Shown in pieces: positions 28,573 to 38,512 of a stretch of DNA of 64,000 bases. This DNA is from Candidatus Iainarchaeum sp. (GTDB taxonomy: Archaea; Micrarchaeota; Micrarchaeia; Burarchaeales; Fermentimicrarchaeaceae), in NCBI GenBank assembly GCA_028714235.1, contig JAQTMQ010000003.1, positions 1,306 to 65,305 on the forward strand. The letters run 5' to 3'. How positions within the stretch are numbered: the stretch's first letter is position 1; each line of letters starts with the position of its first letter. Position numbers and translations under genes: made by a program. The notes under the pieces were generated by a model. The model was not told the DNA's origin, made no database searches, and worked only from the letters and a program-made list of their open reading frames with translations.

Positions 28573-30081
28573 TTGGGCGAACGACTTGCGGCGGGGGGGA
28601 GGGCGCTTCCCGTCCTGCTGGCGGTTTTGCTTGCCGTCCAGGCGGCAATGCACGTGGCGCTAATCGGCGCAATGCAGTTTTCGGACGAGGGCACGTACCT
28701 CGCCATGGGGAAATTCGTTTCCCAAGGCGAGATAATCTACAGGGATTTTTTCGACTACCACTCGCCGGGCACGACGCTCGCCGCCGCCGCCGCGTTCTCG
28801 GCTTTCGGCCCGTCCTACGGGCTCGCGAGGGTGCTCGCCCTCGCGGCGCAGCTCGGCGTAACCCTGCTGCTGTTTTTCGTCGGGAGGGAATGGTTCGGGG
28901 AAGAGGTCGCGCTTCTCGGGGCCGCGGTTTACGCGCTGACCGAGCCCACGCTGGGCGGAATCTGGTTCGTCGCGGAGCCGTTCCTCGCGTTTTTCACGCT
29001 CGCCTCCTTCGCGCTCTTCTATTTCAGGTATTACGCGAAGGGGCCGGCGTGGCTTGACGCGCGCCTGCTGCTGCCGGCCTCCGGAATCGCGGCCGGGTTG
29101 GCGGCGGCTTTCAAGCAGCCCGGCGCCGCGTTCGCGTTGTTCGTTTTTCTCGCGATCGCGGCGACCGGCCTGCTGCGCGGCGAGCGGAAGGAAAGGGTTG
29201 CCCGGGACCTGGCGTCGTTTTCCCTCGGCGCGGCGCTCCCGTGGCTCCTGCTGGCGGCGTATTTCGCGCTCGCGGGCGGGCTTTGGGACGCCGCGTACTG
29301 GCTCGTGTATTTCCCGGTAGTCGTGAAGAATTCGCGGGACGCGGGTTTTTTCGTGGAGACGCCGGGAAGCCCCATGTTCTTGGTGGCGGCCGCGGCCCTG
29401 GTGGCCTGCCTGCTCGCGAGGGGGAAGGTGTATGCGGACGGGCGCGGGCTTTCGCGCGACGCGCTTGCGCTCGGCTTCATCGCGTTCGCGTGCGTTACCG
29501 GGGTGCCGCGCTTCAACGCGTTCCACGTGATGGCCGCGTTTCCCGTGCTCAGCCTGCTTTCCGCCGAGGTGCTGCTCTCCAGGATTCCGCCGAAGGTAGG
29601 CAGCCTCGGGAAGCTCGTGCCCGCGATGGAAACGCTTGCCGCCGGTTTCGCGGCCTACTTTGTCGCATTCTCGGTTTTGGCCGCGGCGCTGCTTGCGCTT
29701 TATCCCGGCGAAAGCGCGTACGGGATGCACCGGGAGCTGCGGTGCCTCGGCGGGCCGCTGCTTGCGGTGCCGTTTGACAATTTCGCGTATTTTTTTTCGG
29801 ACTGCGGCCATGCCTCCTATTATATAATGCTGGACCCGGTGTGGGCCACGCCCGAAATGGACGCGCGCGCCTGGGAGGACGTGCGGGCGAAAAACGCGAC
29901 GGTCGAGTATGCGGCCGAGAGGGTGAACGGGAAATGCCTCGAGGACTTCGCGCCCGTGCTGTTCCGGGGCCTGAAGGCGGATTACGAGGTTTACTCCCAG
30001 CCGGGCGAGAACATGTTCGTTTTGAAGCCGAAAAGCGGCGAGACGCGTCCCGACGCCGGGGTTTGGGGCGCGTGCAAGTGA
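28573..30081 (+). CDS. GT-C fold glycosyltransferase (ArnT/PMT, GT39/GT83-like)
   Basis: DEGTY...IYRDFFDYHSPG after the first TM, multiple TMs, FKQP motif. Confidence 0.8.
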   Translation: MGERLAAGGRALPVLLAVLLAVQAAMHVALIGAMQFSDEGTYLAMGKFVSQGEIIYRDFFDYHSPGTTLAAAAAFSAFGPSYGLARVLALAAQLGVTLLLFFVGREWFGEEVALLGAAVYALTEPTLGGIWFVAEPFLAFFTLASFALFYFRYYAKGPAWLDARLLLPASGIAAGLAAAFKQPGAAFALFVFLAIAATGLLRGERKERVARDLASFSLGAALPWLLLAAYFALAGGLWDAAYWLVYFPVVVKNSRDAGFFVETPGSPMFLVAAAALVACLLARGKVYADGRGLSRDALALGFIAFACVTGVPRFNAFHVMAAFPVLSLLSAEVLLSRIPPKVGSLGKLVPAMETLAAGFAAYFVAFSVLAAALLALYPGESAYGMHRELRCLGGPLLAVPFDNFAYFFSDCGHASYYIMLDPVWATPEMDARAWEDVRAKNATVEYAAERVNGKCLEDFAPVLFRGLKADYEVYSQPGENMFVLKPKSGETRPDAGVWGACK

Positions 30082-30097
30082 CGGGGCGTGGTGCGCG

Positions 30098-31519
30098 ATG
30101 GACTCAAAGCCCGCTTTTGCCGCGTTGGCCCTGATTCTTGCCGCACAGCTCGCATGCCACGCCGCGTTTTCCAAGGCGCTGGTCTTTGGCGATGAGGGGT
30201 ATTACGCGAACGAGGCGGACTTCGTTTCCAGGGGAATGGTCATCTACAGGGATTTTTTTGACAACCATTCGCCCGGCATCGCCTACGCCGGGGCCGCAGG
30301 ATTCGCGGTTTTTGGCAGGTCGTTTGAAAGCGGGCGGCTCGTCGTCGCGCTCGTCCAGGCCGCGGCAACGGTCGCCGTGTTCTATTTCGCTTCAAGGCTT
30401 TACGGTAATTTCGCGGGCACTGTTGCCGCCGGGTATTACGCGGCAGCCGAGGTCCTGATGGGCGGGTTCTGGTTCATCACCGAGCAGTTCCTCGCCTTCT
30501 TCATCCTCCTCTCCGCGTTCTGCGCGTGGCAATACTTTTCCGCGCGCGAAAAGCCGCGCGGCAGGGACATTTTTCTGGCGGGCTTTTTTGCGGGCGTCGC
30601 GCTCCTCTTCAAGCAGCCCGCCGCCTGCTTCGCAGCCGCCTTGGCGGCGTTCGCGGCGTCCGACAAGGCGTCGGCGCGCGGCGTGCCGCTCCTGCTCGCC
30701 GGGATTATGCTGCCCGTCGCGCTCGCCTCCGCGTATTTCCTCGCGTCCGGCGCGCTCCCGCAGGCGGCTTACGGCGTCCTCCTCTTCAATTTCGGCGTGA
30801 AGGGAATGCGGGACGCGGACTTCTCCCTGCTCTTCACCCCGTTCAGCCTGCTCCAGATGGCGCCGCTCCTCGTGGGCGCTGCGCCGCTCGCCTGGAAGGC
30901 CGCGAAAGGCGGGTGGAGCCGCCTTGACGCCTTCCTTTTCGCGTGGATTGCGTGCGCCGCCATGGCCGCGTTCCCCAGGTTCACGACGTACCACCTGATG
31001 GCGGCGCTGGCTCCGGCGGCCATCATTTTTTCCGGGGCCGCGGAAGGCGCGCTTTCGGCGGACGGGCGCGAAGCGGGCTGGCGCGGCGCCGCGCTGCGCG
31101 GCGCAATCGCGTTTTTTGCGCTGGACGCGCTCGCGGTTGCGGCGGTCGCGGCGCTCTCCGGCCAGATGGGCGACGAGATAAGCGCCTACTCCCAAGTCGA
31201 ATCCTACGTGCACGCGCATTGCGGCCTTTCGGAAGGCGTCTTCGGGTTCCCGGGCGGCGCCTACTTCTTCATGAACGCGACGCCGGCGACCTACTACCTT
31301 GAATTCTCGCCCTGGCTCGTGAGCCCGGAAATCGAGGCGGACACGATTGCCGAGCTCGAGGAAAAACGGCCGGATTGCGCGGTCGTGTGGAACCGGTGGC
31401 TCGAGCTGTCCGAGTCGAGGACGGCCACGCCGCGCCTGTACGCGTACGTTGAGGACAACTACGGCGGCGCGTGGCCCGCTCCGGGCGGCGAGTTCACCGT
31501 CCTCAAGAGGAACGGCTAG
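30098..31519 (+). CDS. GT-C fold glycosyltransferase, tandem paralog
   Basis: DEGYY...IYRDFFDNHSPG, GGFWF..E.FLAFF and FKQP shared with the preceding gene. Confidence 0.8.
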   Translation: MDSKPAFAALALILAAQLACHAAFSKALVFGDEGYYANEADFVSRGMVIYRDFFDNHSPGIAYAGAAGFAVFGRSFESGRLVVALVQAAATVAVFYFASRLYGNFAGTVAAGYYAAAEVLMGGFWFITEQFLAFFILLSAFCAWQYFSAREKPRGRDIFLAGFFAGVALLFKQPAACFAAALAAFAASDKASARGVPLLLAGIMLPVALASAYFLASGALPQAAYGVLLFNFGVKGMRDADFSLLFTPFSLLQMAPLLVGAAPLAWKAAKGGWSRLDAFLFAWIACAAMAAFPRFTTYHLMAALAPAAIIFSGAAEGALSADGREAGWRGAALRGAIAFFALDALAVAAVAALSGQMGDEISAYSQVESYVHAHCGLSEGVFGFPGGAYFFMNATPATYYLEFSPWLVSPEIEADTIAELEEKRPDCAVVWNRWLELSESRTATPRLYAYVEDNYGGAWPAPGGEFTVLKRNG

Positions 31520-32798
31520 CTTTTTTCGCTGGCCTGCACAGCAGGCAGGACTGCGTCGCGCCGGTTACGACCGCCTCCACCCGCTCCCCGGGCCTTGAAG
31601 CCGGGAGGGCGGCCGGCAGGTAGGAGTCGGTCCTCCCGCTCGCGCCCCCATCCCGCTTTTCCGTGACGAGCACGCTCGCTTTCCTCCCGACCTGCAGGAG
31701 GAGCACGCGTTTCGTCACCGCCTTGCAGAGGCGCGACGCCTCGCCGCTGCGCCGCTTCACCTCTGCGGCGGGAAGGGGCCGCATTCTCGCGGCGGGCGTG
31801 AACGGGCGCGGCGCGAACCTCGAAACGTTGACGATGACGGGCCTCGCTTTCCCGAGCAGGCGCAGGGTCTTGCCGAAATCCTCCCGCGTTTCTGAAGGGT
31901 AGCCGACGATGACGTCGGTCGCGAGGGTGATTTCCGGAAATTTTTTCCTGAACGCGGCCGCCACGGAAAAAAAATCTTTTGCCGAGTAGTTCCTGCGCAT
32001 CGAGTTCAGGACGCGGTCGCTCCCGCTTTGCACGGGCAGGTGGACGAACTTGTAGATTCTCTCGGATCCGTAGGCGCGCAAAAGCTTCGGCAGGATGCGC
32101 TTCGCGTGCCCGGGGTTCATCATCCCAACGCGCACGCGGAAGTCGCCGGGGATTGCGGTTATCCCGTCGAGAAGGTCGGCGAGGTCTCTTTTCGGCTTCA
32201 GCTCCATCCCGTACGCCCCGGTGTCCTGCGCGGTGAGCTGGATTTCCTTCGCGCCGTTTTCCACGCAGCGCGCGATTTCGCAAAGTATCTGCCGCATCGG
32301 GTAGCTGCGGAGGCGGCCGCGCGCCAGCTTCGTCTGGCAGTACGAGCACGCGCCGAGGCATCCTTCCGCAACCGGGATTCTGGCTATCGCGCCGGCATGC
32401 GCGCGCGGCAGCTCGAGCTTCTCCTCCTTCCTCGCGGTGATGGTGACGCGCCTCCCGCCCGCCGCCGCCTCGACCGCCTCGACGATTCTCGAGATTGCGC
32501 GCGTGCCGAGGATTACCGCGCCCGGCGCGCGCCTCCCCGCGATTCCAGGGTTCGCCTCAGGGAGGCAGCCCGCCAAGACCAGCCTCTTCCCGGCGTCGTG
32601 CAGCTTTTTCGCCTTGTCGAGGATTTTTTGCTCGGTAACGCCCTTGACCGTGCACGTGTTCAGGACGATTACGCCCGCGCCGCTTTCGCTTTCCGCCACC
32701 GCGTAGCCGTTCGCCTCCAGGATTGCGAGCATCGCGTCCGAGTCGGACCGGTTGTACGCGCAGCCGTAGGTCTTGAGGAAAATCCGGGGCTTTTGCAT
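31503..32798 (-). CDS. MiaB-like radical-SAM tRNA methylthiotransferase (archaeal e-MtaB type)
   Basis: TYGCAYN, NTCTVK, AGCLP, GCLGACSYC (CxxxCxxC), HLPVQSGSD and a C-terminal TRAM-like domain. Confidence 0.9.
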   Translation of the reverse strand: MQKPRIFLKTYGCAYNRSDSDAMLAILEANGYAVAESESGAGVIVLNTCTVKGVTEQKILDKAKKLHDAGKRLVLAGCLPEANPGIAGRRAPGAVILGTRAISRIVEAVEAAAGGRRVTITARKEEKLELPRAHAGAIARIPVAEGCLGACSYCQTKLARGRLRSYPMRQILCEIARCVENGAKEIQLTAQDTGAYGMELKPKRDLADLLDGITAIPGDFRVRVGMMNPGHAKRILPKLLRAYGSERIYKFVHLPVQSGSDRVLNSMRRNYSAKDFFSVAAAFRKKFPEITLATDVIVGYPSETREDFGKTLRLLGKARPVIVNVSRFAPRPFTPAARMRPLPAAEVKRRSGEASRLCKAVTKRVLLLQVGRKASVLVTEKRDGGASGRTDSYLPAALPASRPGERVEAVVTGATQSCLLCRPAKKASRSS

Positions 32799-32846
32799 CC
32801 GGTTTAAATTGTTGACGGCGGAAATATAAACCGATTCACAGGGTGC

Positions 32847-33044
32847 ATGTTGATGGCCGTATTGATTTGCGAAAAATGCGGGGGCGAAACCATCGCCTTC
32901 GAGAAATGCTCCGGCTGCGGGAAAAAAATCTGCAGGAAGTGCGTGAAGTCGCAGAAGAAGCTGCACAAGCTTGACCGCGTGGCGATTTGCAGGGAGTGCT
33001 GGGGCAGGATGGGCAAGCGCGGGAAATTCAAGTCCGCCCGCTAG
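32847..33044 (+). CDS. Small zinc-finger protein (four CxxC pairs)
   Basis: CEKC, CSGC, CRKC, CREC in 65 aa, with TATA-like boxes upstream. Confidence 0.75.
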   Translation: MLMAVLICEKCGGETIAFEKCSGCGKKICRKCVKSQKKLHKLDRVAICRECWGRMGKRGKFKSAR

Positions 33045-36000
33045 CGGGCTCTCGCTTCCCCAGCGCTATCTCCACGTCCTCGTCCTCAATCCTCCACTTC
33101 TTCGCGGTCCCGGGCAGGCCGCCTTTCTGCGAGAGGTGGAGTTTGGAGGCGTGCACCTCGCGCGCGAGCTCGTCCTTCTGTGTCTTCAATATCGCGAGGA
33201 ATTCCTTGGGCGCGCAAACCGTCGCCTCGATTTCGTCTTTTTCCACGAGGCCCATCTCCTTCCTCATCAGCTGGATGCGGCGCGCCACTTCCCTGCGGAG
33301 GCCCTCCGCGTAAAGCTCGCCCGCGACCTCGGTTTTCACGAGGACCTTTGACTCCGGGCCGGGCGCGAGCGCGTACCCCGGCGGCGGCGTCTCCACGAAC
33401 TCGACCATGTCCGGGACGATGGGGAACTTGTAGTTTTCCACCGCGAGCTCGAACCTCCCGTCCGCAAGCGCGTCCCGCAGCTCCTCTGGCCTCATCGCCT
33501 CGAGCCGCTCCCTGACTTTTTGCGCCTTCTGCTTGAACGCGGCGCCAAGCCGGTTCGCGCTCACCTTGAACGACACGGTCGTGGGCGGCTTGTCCTCTAT
33601 GCGCAGCCTTTTCACGTTCGCGAGCATCTCGATTATGAACGGGAGCCTTTCAACCGCGCCGCGCACCTCGGTCGACTGCGTGGCGACGACCGCCTCCGCG
33701 ACAGGCCAGCGCAGGTTGACGCCCGCTGACTGGCGCGCGTTCGCCGCGGCGCTTGCGAGGTCGACCGCTATCTCCATCTGCCTCTCGAGCGCCGGGTTGA
33801 CCGCGCCGGGGTCGTGCTCCGGCCACGCGAGCATGGAAACGCTTTCCGCCCCCTCGTGCTTCCTGAACGCGTTCTGGTATATTTCCTCGGCGATGAACGG
33901 CACCAGTGGCGCCGCCATCCTGGTTGCTGAGAGAAGCGAGTCGTAAAGCGCCCTGAGGAGCGCCTTCTTGTTCCTTTCGTCGCCGAGCCGCTTTTTCGCG
34001 AGCTTCAGGTAGAGGCGGCTCAGGTCCGCGACGATGAACCTGCGGAGCGCGCGGCTCGCCTCGTGGACGGCGTAGGATTCCATCGCCTTCGTCGCCTGGA
34101 GGATGGTCGAGTTCATTCGCGAGACGAGCCACTGGTCCTCGAGGTCGTAGTCGGGCTTCTCCTTTGCGGCGGCCTTCGGGTCGAAACCTTCCGCCTCCAT
34201 CGCGCGCAAGAGGTAGACGTGGAGGTTCCAGAAGATTCCGAGCGCGCGGCTCGCGTCCTTCAGCTCGTCCTCGTTCGAGCGGAGGTCGTCCCAGACCACC
34301 GAGTTGAGGGCCCAGAGCCGGAACCCGTCCCCGCCGTATTTCGCAATCGTCTCGCGGAACGGGACGAAGTTGCCTTTCGACTTGCTCATCTTTTCCCCGT
34401 TCTCCGCGACCATGTGGCCGTGCATCAGGAGCGCGCGGTACGGTACCTCGCCGTTCCTCACCATTCCGCAGGCGAGCAGGGAATAAAACCATGACTTGAT
34501 TTGCTCCTTTCCCTCGCAGACGAGGTCCGCGGGATACCATTCCGCCATCCCTTCCTCTCCGAGCGTGCACCACATCATGTTGCCGGAGTCGAACCACACG
34601 TCAAGGATGTCCGGGATTCGCTTCATCTCCCCCTTGCATTTCCTGCAGGCGAAGGTTACCGCGTCAAGCTGGGGCTTGTGCAGCTCGGAAAGCTTTTTTC
34701 CCGACCTCTCCTCAATCTCCGCCCTTGACGCGAACAGCTCGGACTCGCCGCATTTGCCGCACGACCACAGCGGGAACGGGATGCCCCAGTACCGCTGGCG
34801 CGAGATGCACCAGTCCGGCGCATTGGAAACCGTGTTCTTGAACCAGACGCCCGCGTGCGGCGGCTGCCACTTCACGCGCCCGGCCTCGGCAATCATTTTT
34901 TCCCGGAGCGATGACATCGCGATGTACCACTGCTCCGAGGCGATGTAGATGAGGGGCGACTTGCACCGCCAGCACACCGGATAGCTGTGCGTCACCCTCC
35001 CGACCGAGAGAAGCAGGCCTTTTTCCCTCAAGTCCCCAAGCACCTTTTCGTTCGCGTCGAAAACGCCCATTCCCGCGTACTTGCCCGCGTCCCGCGTGTA
35101 GATTCCCGCGATGCTCACAGGGCTGAAGGCGGGCGCGCCCTCGCGCTTCCCTATCTCGAAGTCCTCCGGCCCGTGGCCCGGCGCCGTGTGGACGATGCCC
35201 GTGCCCTCCTCGAGCGTGACGTGCTCCTTGCTCAGCGTGACGTAATGGAATTTCTTCAACTCTTTTGACGAGTGGGCGGGGACCTCGCTTGCGAGCGGCT
35301 GCTCGTACCTCATCCCCTCAAGCTTTTTCCCGGAGAACTCTTCGACCACCTTCGGCGCGAGGCCGAACGGGTCCGCAATAGCCGCAACCGCGCCGAGCCG
35401 CTCCTTCGCGAGAATCCACGTCTCGCCGTTGACGTTCACCTTAACGTACGTGAACTCCGGGTGCGCCATGAGCAGCAGGTTCGCGGGAAGGGTCCACGGC
35501 GTCGTGGTCCACACGAGGAGGTAGGTCGAGTCCTCGCCCGAAACCCTGAATTTCAGGTAAACCGACGGGTCCGCCTGCTCGGCGTGCTCGATTTCGTTGT
35601 TCGCGAGCGCGGTTTCGCACCTCGGGCAGACCGGCCCGACCCTGAAGCCCTTCGCGAGAAGTTTTTTTTCCTGCGCGCGCCTGAGGGTGAGCCAGGAGCG
35701 CTCGATGAACGCGTCCCGGAACGTTATGTCCGCCCCGTCCCAGTCCATCCAGACGCCGAGCGACTTGAAGTCGCCGGACATCGTCCCGATGTACTTGGTC
35801 GAATACTCCTTGCACTTTTCTATGAACCGCTCCACCCCGTAATCCTCGATGTCCTTCTTGGACTTGAACTTGAGGGACCTCTCCACCTTCTCCTCTATCG
35901 GGAGCCCGTGCGAGTCGAAGCACGGGATGGTGTTGACCTTGAAGCCGCGCATCCTCTTGTAGCGGTATACCGCGTCCTTCAGCGCCTTGTTCCACGCGGT

Positions 36001-36150
36001 TCCCGGATGGATGTCCCCGGTCGCGTAAGGCGGGCCGTCGGGAAAATAGAATTTTTGCCTGCCCTTGTCCGCGGCCTTCACCTTCTCGAAAATCCCTTCC
36101 CGCTCCCAGAAGCCCGAGACGCGGCCCTCAACCTCGCTCGGCCGATACAT
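33028..36150 (-). CDS. ileS: Isoleucine--tRNA ligase
   Basis: DGPPYATGDIHPGT (HIGH equivalent), WTTTPWTLP, GTGIVHTAPGHG, DWCISRQRYWG and KMSKS. Confidence 0.95.
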   Translation of the reverse strand: MYRPSEVEGRVSGFWEREGIFEKVKAADKGRQKFYFPDGPPYATGDIHPGTAWNKALKDAVYRYKRMRGFKVNTIPCFDSHGLPIEEKVERSLKFKSKKDIEDYGVERFIEKCKEYSTKYIGTMSGDFKSLGVWMDWDGADITFRDAFIERSWLTLRRAQEKKLLAKGFRVGPVCPRCETALANNEIEHAEQADPSVYLKFRVSGEDSTYLLVWTTTPWTLPANLLLMAHPEFTYVKVNVNGETWILAKERLGAVAAIADPFGLAPKVVEEFSGKKLEGMRYEQPLASEVPAHSSKELKKFHYVTLSKEHVTLEEGTGIVHTAPGHGPEDFEIGKREGAPAFSPVSIAGIYTRDAGKYAGMGVFDANEKVLGDLREKGLLLSVGRVTHSYPVCWRCKSPLIYIASEQWYIAMSSLREKMIAEAGRVKWQPPHAGVWFKNTVSNAPDWCISRQRYWGIPFPLWSCGKCGESELFASRAEIEERSGKKLSELHKPQLDAVTFACRKCKGEMKRIPDILDVWFDSGNMMWCTLGEEGMAEWYPADLVCEGKEQIKSWFYSLLACGMVRNGEVPYRALLMHGHMVAENGEKMSKSKGNFVPFRETIAKYGGDGFRLWALNSVVWDDLRSNEDELKDASRALGIFWNLHVYLLRAMEAEGFDPKAAAKEKPDYDLEDQWLVSRMNSTILQATKAMESYAVHEASRALRRFIVADLSRLYLKLAKKRLGDERNKKALLRALYDSLLSATRMAAPLVPFIAEEIYQNAFRKHEGAESVSMLAWPEHDPGAVNPALERQMEIAVDLASAAANARQSAGVNLRWPVAEAVVATQSTEVRGAVERLPFIIEMLANVKRLRIEDKPPTTVSFKVSANRLGAAFKQKAQKVRERLEAMRPEELRDALADGRFELAVENYKFPIVPDMVEFVETPPPGYALAPGPESKVLVKTEVAGELYAEGLRREVARRIQLMRKEMGLVEKDEIEATVCAPKEFLAILKTQKDELAREVHASKLHLSQKGGLPGTAKKWRIEDEDVEIALGKREPASGRT

Positions 36151-36523
36151 TCTTCACCAACTCCATTCCTGCAAGGAAAACCGCGGGCAGCGCGAAGCAC
36201 GCCGCGACCGGAAACGCGATGGAGGAAAAAAAGTATTCCGGCCGCGCCCTGACGAACCCGGTCCCGGCGAGCGCGCCCGCGGCCGCCGCGGCGGCGAAAA
36301 CCGCGTAAAACGCCCGGTCGCGCCGCAGCCCGAGCGACGACTCGCCGTAGGCGAGCACCGCGTAGCCGGAAACGTACGCCGCCGCGAAAGCGAGCAGCGC
36401 GAACGGCGAGGCCTGCGCGCCGCCCAGCCCCGAAAACCAGAACGCCCCGGCTATGACCGCGGCAGGAATTGCCACGCGGGCAATGAACGCCAGGACTTTT
36501 TTCTCATCCATGCTGACCATCAC
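36128..36523 (-). CDS. Hypothetical membrane protein (4 TMs)
   Basis: Hydrophobic 131-aa ORF overlapping the ileS start. Confidence 0.6.
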   Translation of the reverse strand: MMVSMDEKKVLAFIARVAIPAAVIAGAFWFSGLGGAQASPFALLAFAAAYVSGYAVLAYGESSLGLRRDRAFYAVFAAAAAAGALAGTGFVRARPEYFFSSIAFPVAACFALPAVFLAGMELVKNVSAERG

Positions 36524-36577
36524 GCTGAACGGCGATAAATAAGGCGCTGTAAGGCGCTAAATTTGGCCCGCTCGCCT

Positions 36578-37261
36578 TTAAATCTGTTGGGTTGGCGACG
36601 CGGCCTCCGCCTTCCGAAACGAGATTTTCGCGCCCTTCAGGCTCGAGTAGATGTCCCGCTTTTTCAGCATGTCCTTCGGGACGTCGACCAGGAACTCGAG
36701 GCCGGTGAAGGACAGGTACCACGCCGCCGGCGCGGCGATTGACGAGAGCGCGGCGACCGCGACGAACGAGCCCGCGAGCGCGAGAAGCACCGCCTCAAGC
36801 CCAAGGAGAAGCGAGCCTGCGGCGAGGCGAAGCGCGCCCGCGCGCCTGCGCCGCGAAATCTCGGCCCGGGCTGAAGCGAGCCTGTCCGCAAAAAAGCGCT
36901 TCAGCCGCTTCGCCACCATCTCCTCGACGCGCGCGTCCCGCAGCGCGGCCGGCACGGAAAACGCGAGCTCCGCCCTCCCGCAGACCGGGCCCCTGAGCCG
37001 GCCCTCAATCTCGTCGACGAGGTCCCCGGAAAGCCTCCGCGTCTCAAGCGGGCCGTAGTCGAAGTCGGAGAAAATGTCGTCGTAGGTATCAAGCGCGATT
37101 GCCTCCACGCAAAGGCCTTTCTGCTGCGCGAGCGGAAAACTGGGCACGGGGCCAAACGCCCCCGCGACCGTTTCGGCGACGCCCGGGCCCCGCTTCTCGG
37201 GCGCCTGCGGGGGCGCGGGCTGCTTGCCTGAATCGGGTTCCGGCATGGCTTCACCTTTCAC
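36578..37261 (-). CDS. Conserved-type hypothetical membrane protein
   Basis: LDTYDDIFSDFD...RRLS motif followed by two TMs. Confidence 0.7.
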   Translation of the reverse strand: MKGEAMPEPDSGKQPAPPQAPEKRGPGVAETVAGAFGPVPSFPLAQQKGLCVEAIALDTYDDIFSDFDYGPLETRRLSGDLVDEIEGRLRGPVCGRAELAFSVPAALRDARVEEMVAKRLKRFFADRLASARAEISRRRRAGALRLAAGSLLLGLEAVLLALAGSFVAVAALSSIAAPAAWYLSFTGLEFLVDVPKDMLKKRDIYSSLKGAKISFRKAEAASPTQQI

Positions 37262-37345
37262 CGCTAACGGTTGCGAACCGGAAAGTTAAAAGGGGAAAGG
37301 GCGCGGCACGCGCCATTTTTAACTTTTGTCGTGCAACATGTAGCC

Positions 37346-38323
37346 ATGGCAGAAGACCCGCCTTCTAGCGACATCCCCTGGACGGAGAAGTACAGGCCGC
37401 GCAGCCTGCCCGAAGTCTGCGGCCAGAATGAAATCGTGGAAAGGATGAGGGCGTACGCGAGGCACAGGAACGTTCCCCACATGCTTTTTTCCGGGCCGCC
37501 CGGAATCGGGAAGACGACGATTGCGCTCGCCCTCGCGCGCGAGCTCTTCGGGGAAGGGTATTCCTCCTCGTTTTTGGAACTCAATGCGAGCGACGAGCGC
37601 GGGATAGACGTGGTCCGCGGCAAAATCAAGGATTTCGCGCGCACGCTCCCGCTCAGCGCGGTGCCCTTCAAGCTCGTGTTCCTCGACGAAAGCGACGCGC
37701 TCACGCCCGAGGCGCAGAACGCGCTGCGGCGCACGATGGAGATGTTCGCGGGGAACACGCGGTTCATCCTCTCCTGCAACTACTCGTCAAAAATCATCGA
37801 GCCCATCCAGAGCAGGTGCGCGGTCTTCCGCTTCAGGCCGCTCGGCGAAGAGGAAGTGAAGGGGATGGTCTGCCTCATCGCCGAAAAGGAGGGAATCGCG
37901 CTCGACGCGGGCGCTGCCAAGGCCATCTGCTACGTTTCCGAGGGCGACATGCGGAAGGCGATTAACGCGCTCCAGGGCGCGGCAGCGGTTTCAAGGCACG
38001 TCACCGAAGAGCTCGTGCACAAGGTGAGCTCGCGCGCGAGGCCCGAAGAGGTGCGCAGGATGCTCGAGGCCGCTCTCAAGGGGGATTTCGCGGGCGCGCG
38101 GGAAAAGCTCGACTTCCTCATGCTCAACTACGGGATGAGCGGCGAGGACGTGCTCCTCCAGATGTACAAGGAGGTGACGGCGCTCGGGATTTCGGACAGG
38201 GAGAAGGTCGCCCTCGTTGACCGTATTGGCGAATACAACTTCAGGCTCGTCGAGGGGGCGAACGAGCGCATCCAGCTCGAGGCGCTTCTCGCGCAGGTAA
38301 TGCTTCTCTCGGAAAAAGGCTGA
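37346..38323 (+). CDS. rfcS: Replication factor C small subunit
   Basis: PWTEKYRP, GPPGIGKTT, LELNASDERGID and SRC motifs. No intein. Confidence 0.95.
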   Translation: MAEDPPSSDIPWTEKYRPRSLPEVCGQNEIVERMRAYARHRNVPHMLFSGPPGIGKTTIALALARELFGEGYSSSFLELNASDERGIDVVRGKIKDFARTLPLSAVPFKLVFLDESDALTPEAQNALRRTMEMFAGNTRFILSCNYSSKIIEPIQSRCAVFRFRPLGEEEVKGMVCLIAEKEGIALDAGAAKAICYVSEGDMRKAINALQGAAAVSRHVTEELVHKVSSRARPEEVRRMLEAALKGDFAGAREKLDFLMLNYGMSGEDVLLQMYKEVTALGISDREKVALVDRIGEYNFRLVEGANERIQLEALLAQVMLLSEKG

Positions 38324-38328
38324 ACAAG

Positions 38329-38511
38329 ATGGACGCGCCGGTCTGGCTTCTCCTCGCGCTTTTCGGTGCGGCGAGCCCGCTGTTCGTCTACGCCCTCATC
38401 GCGAGCCTCTTCATCCCGCGCATCCTGAAGGAGGAGGTTGACGCGCGCACAGCGCTCTTTAAGGTTGCCGGCGCAATCCTGATAATGGCCGGAGTGTTCC
38501 TGGTGAGCTGA
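38329..38511 (+). pseudogene. Probable internally deleted EamA/DMT transporter remnant (60 aa)
   Basis: EamA-like start (WLLLAL) joined directly to an EamA-like end (ILKEEV....KVAGAILIMAGVFLVS). Lies next to an intact EamA gene. Confidence 0.45.
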
Positions 38512-38512
38512 T

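Noticed and set aside
35990-36040. HPGT instead of HIGH in IleRS as a sign of inactivation
   Set aside because: HxGT-type variants are usual in archaeal IleRS, and all other motifs are intact.
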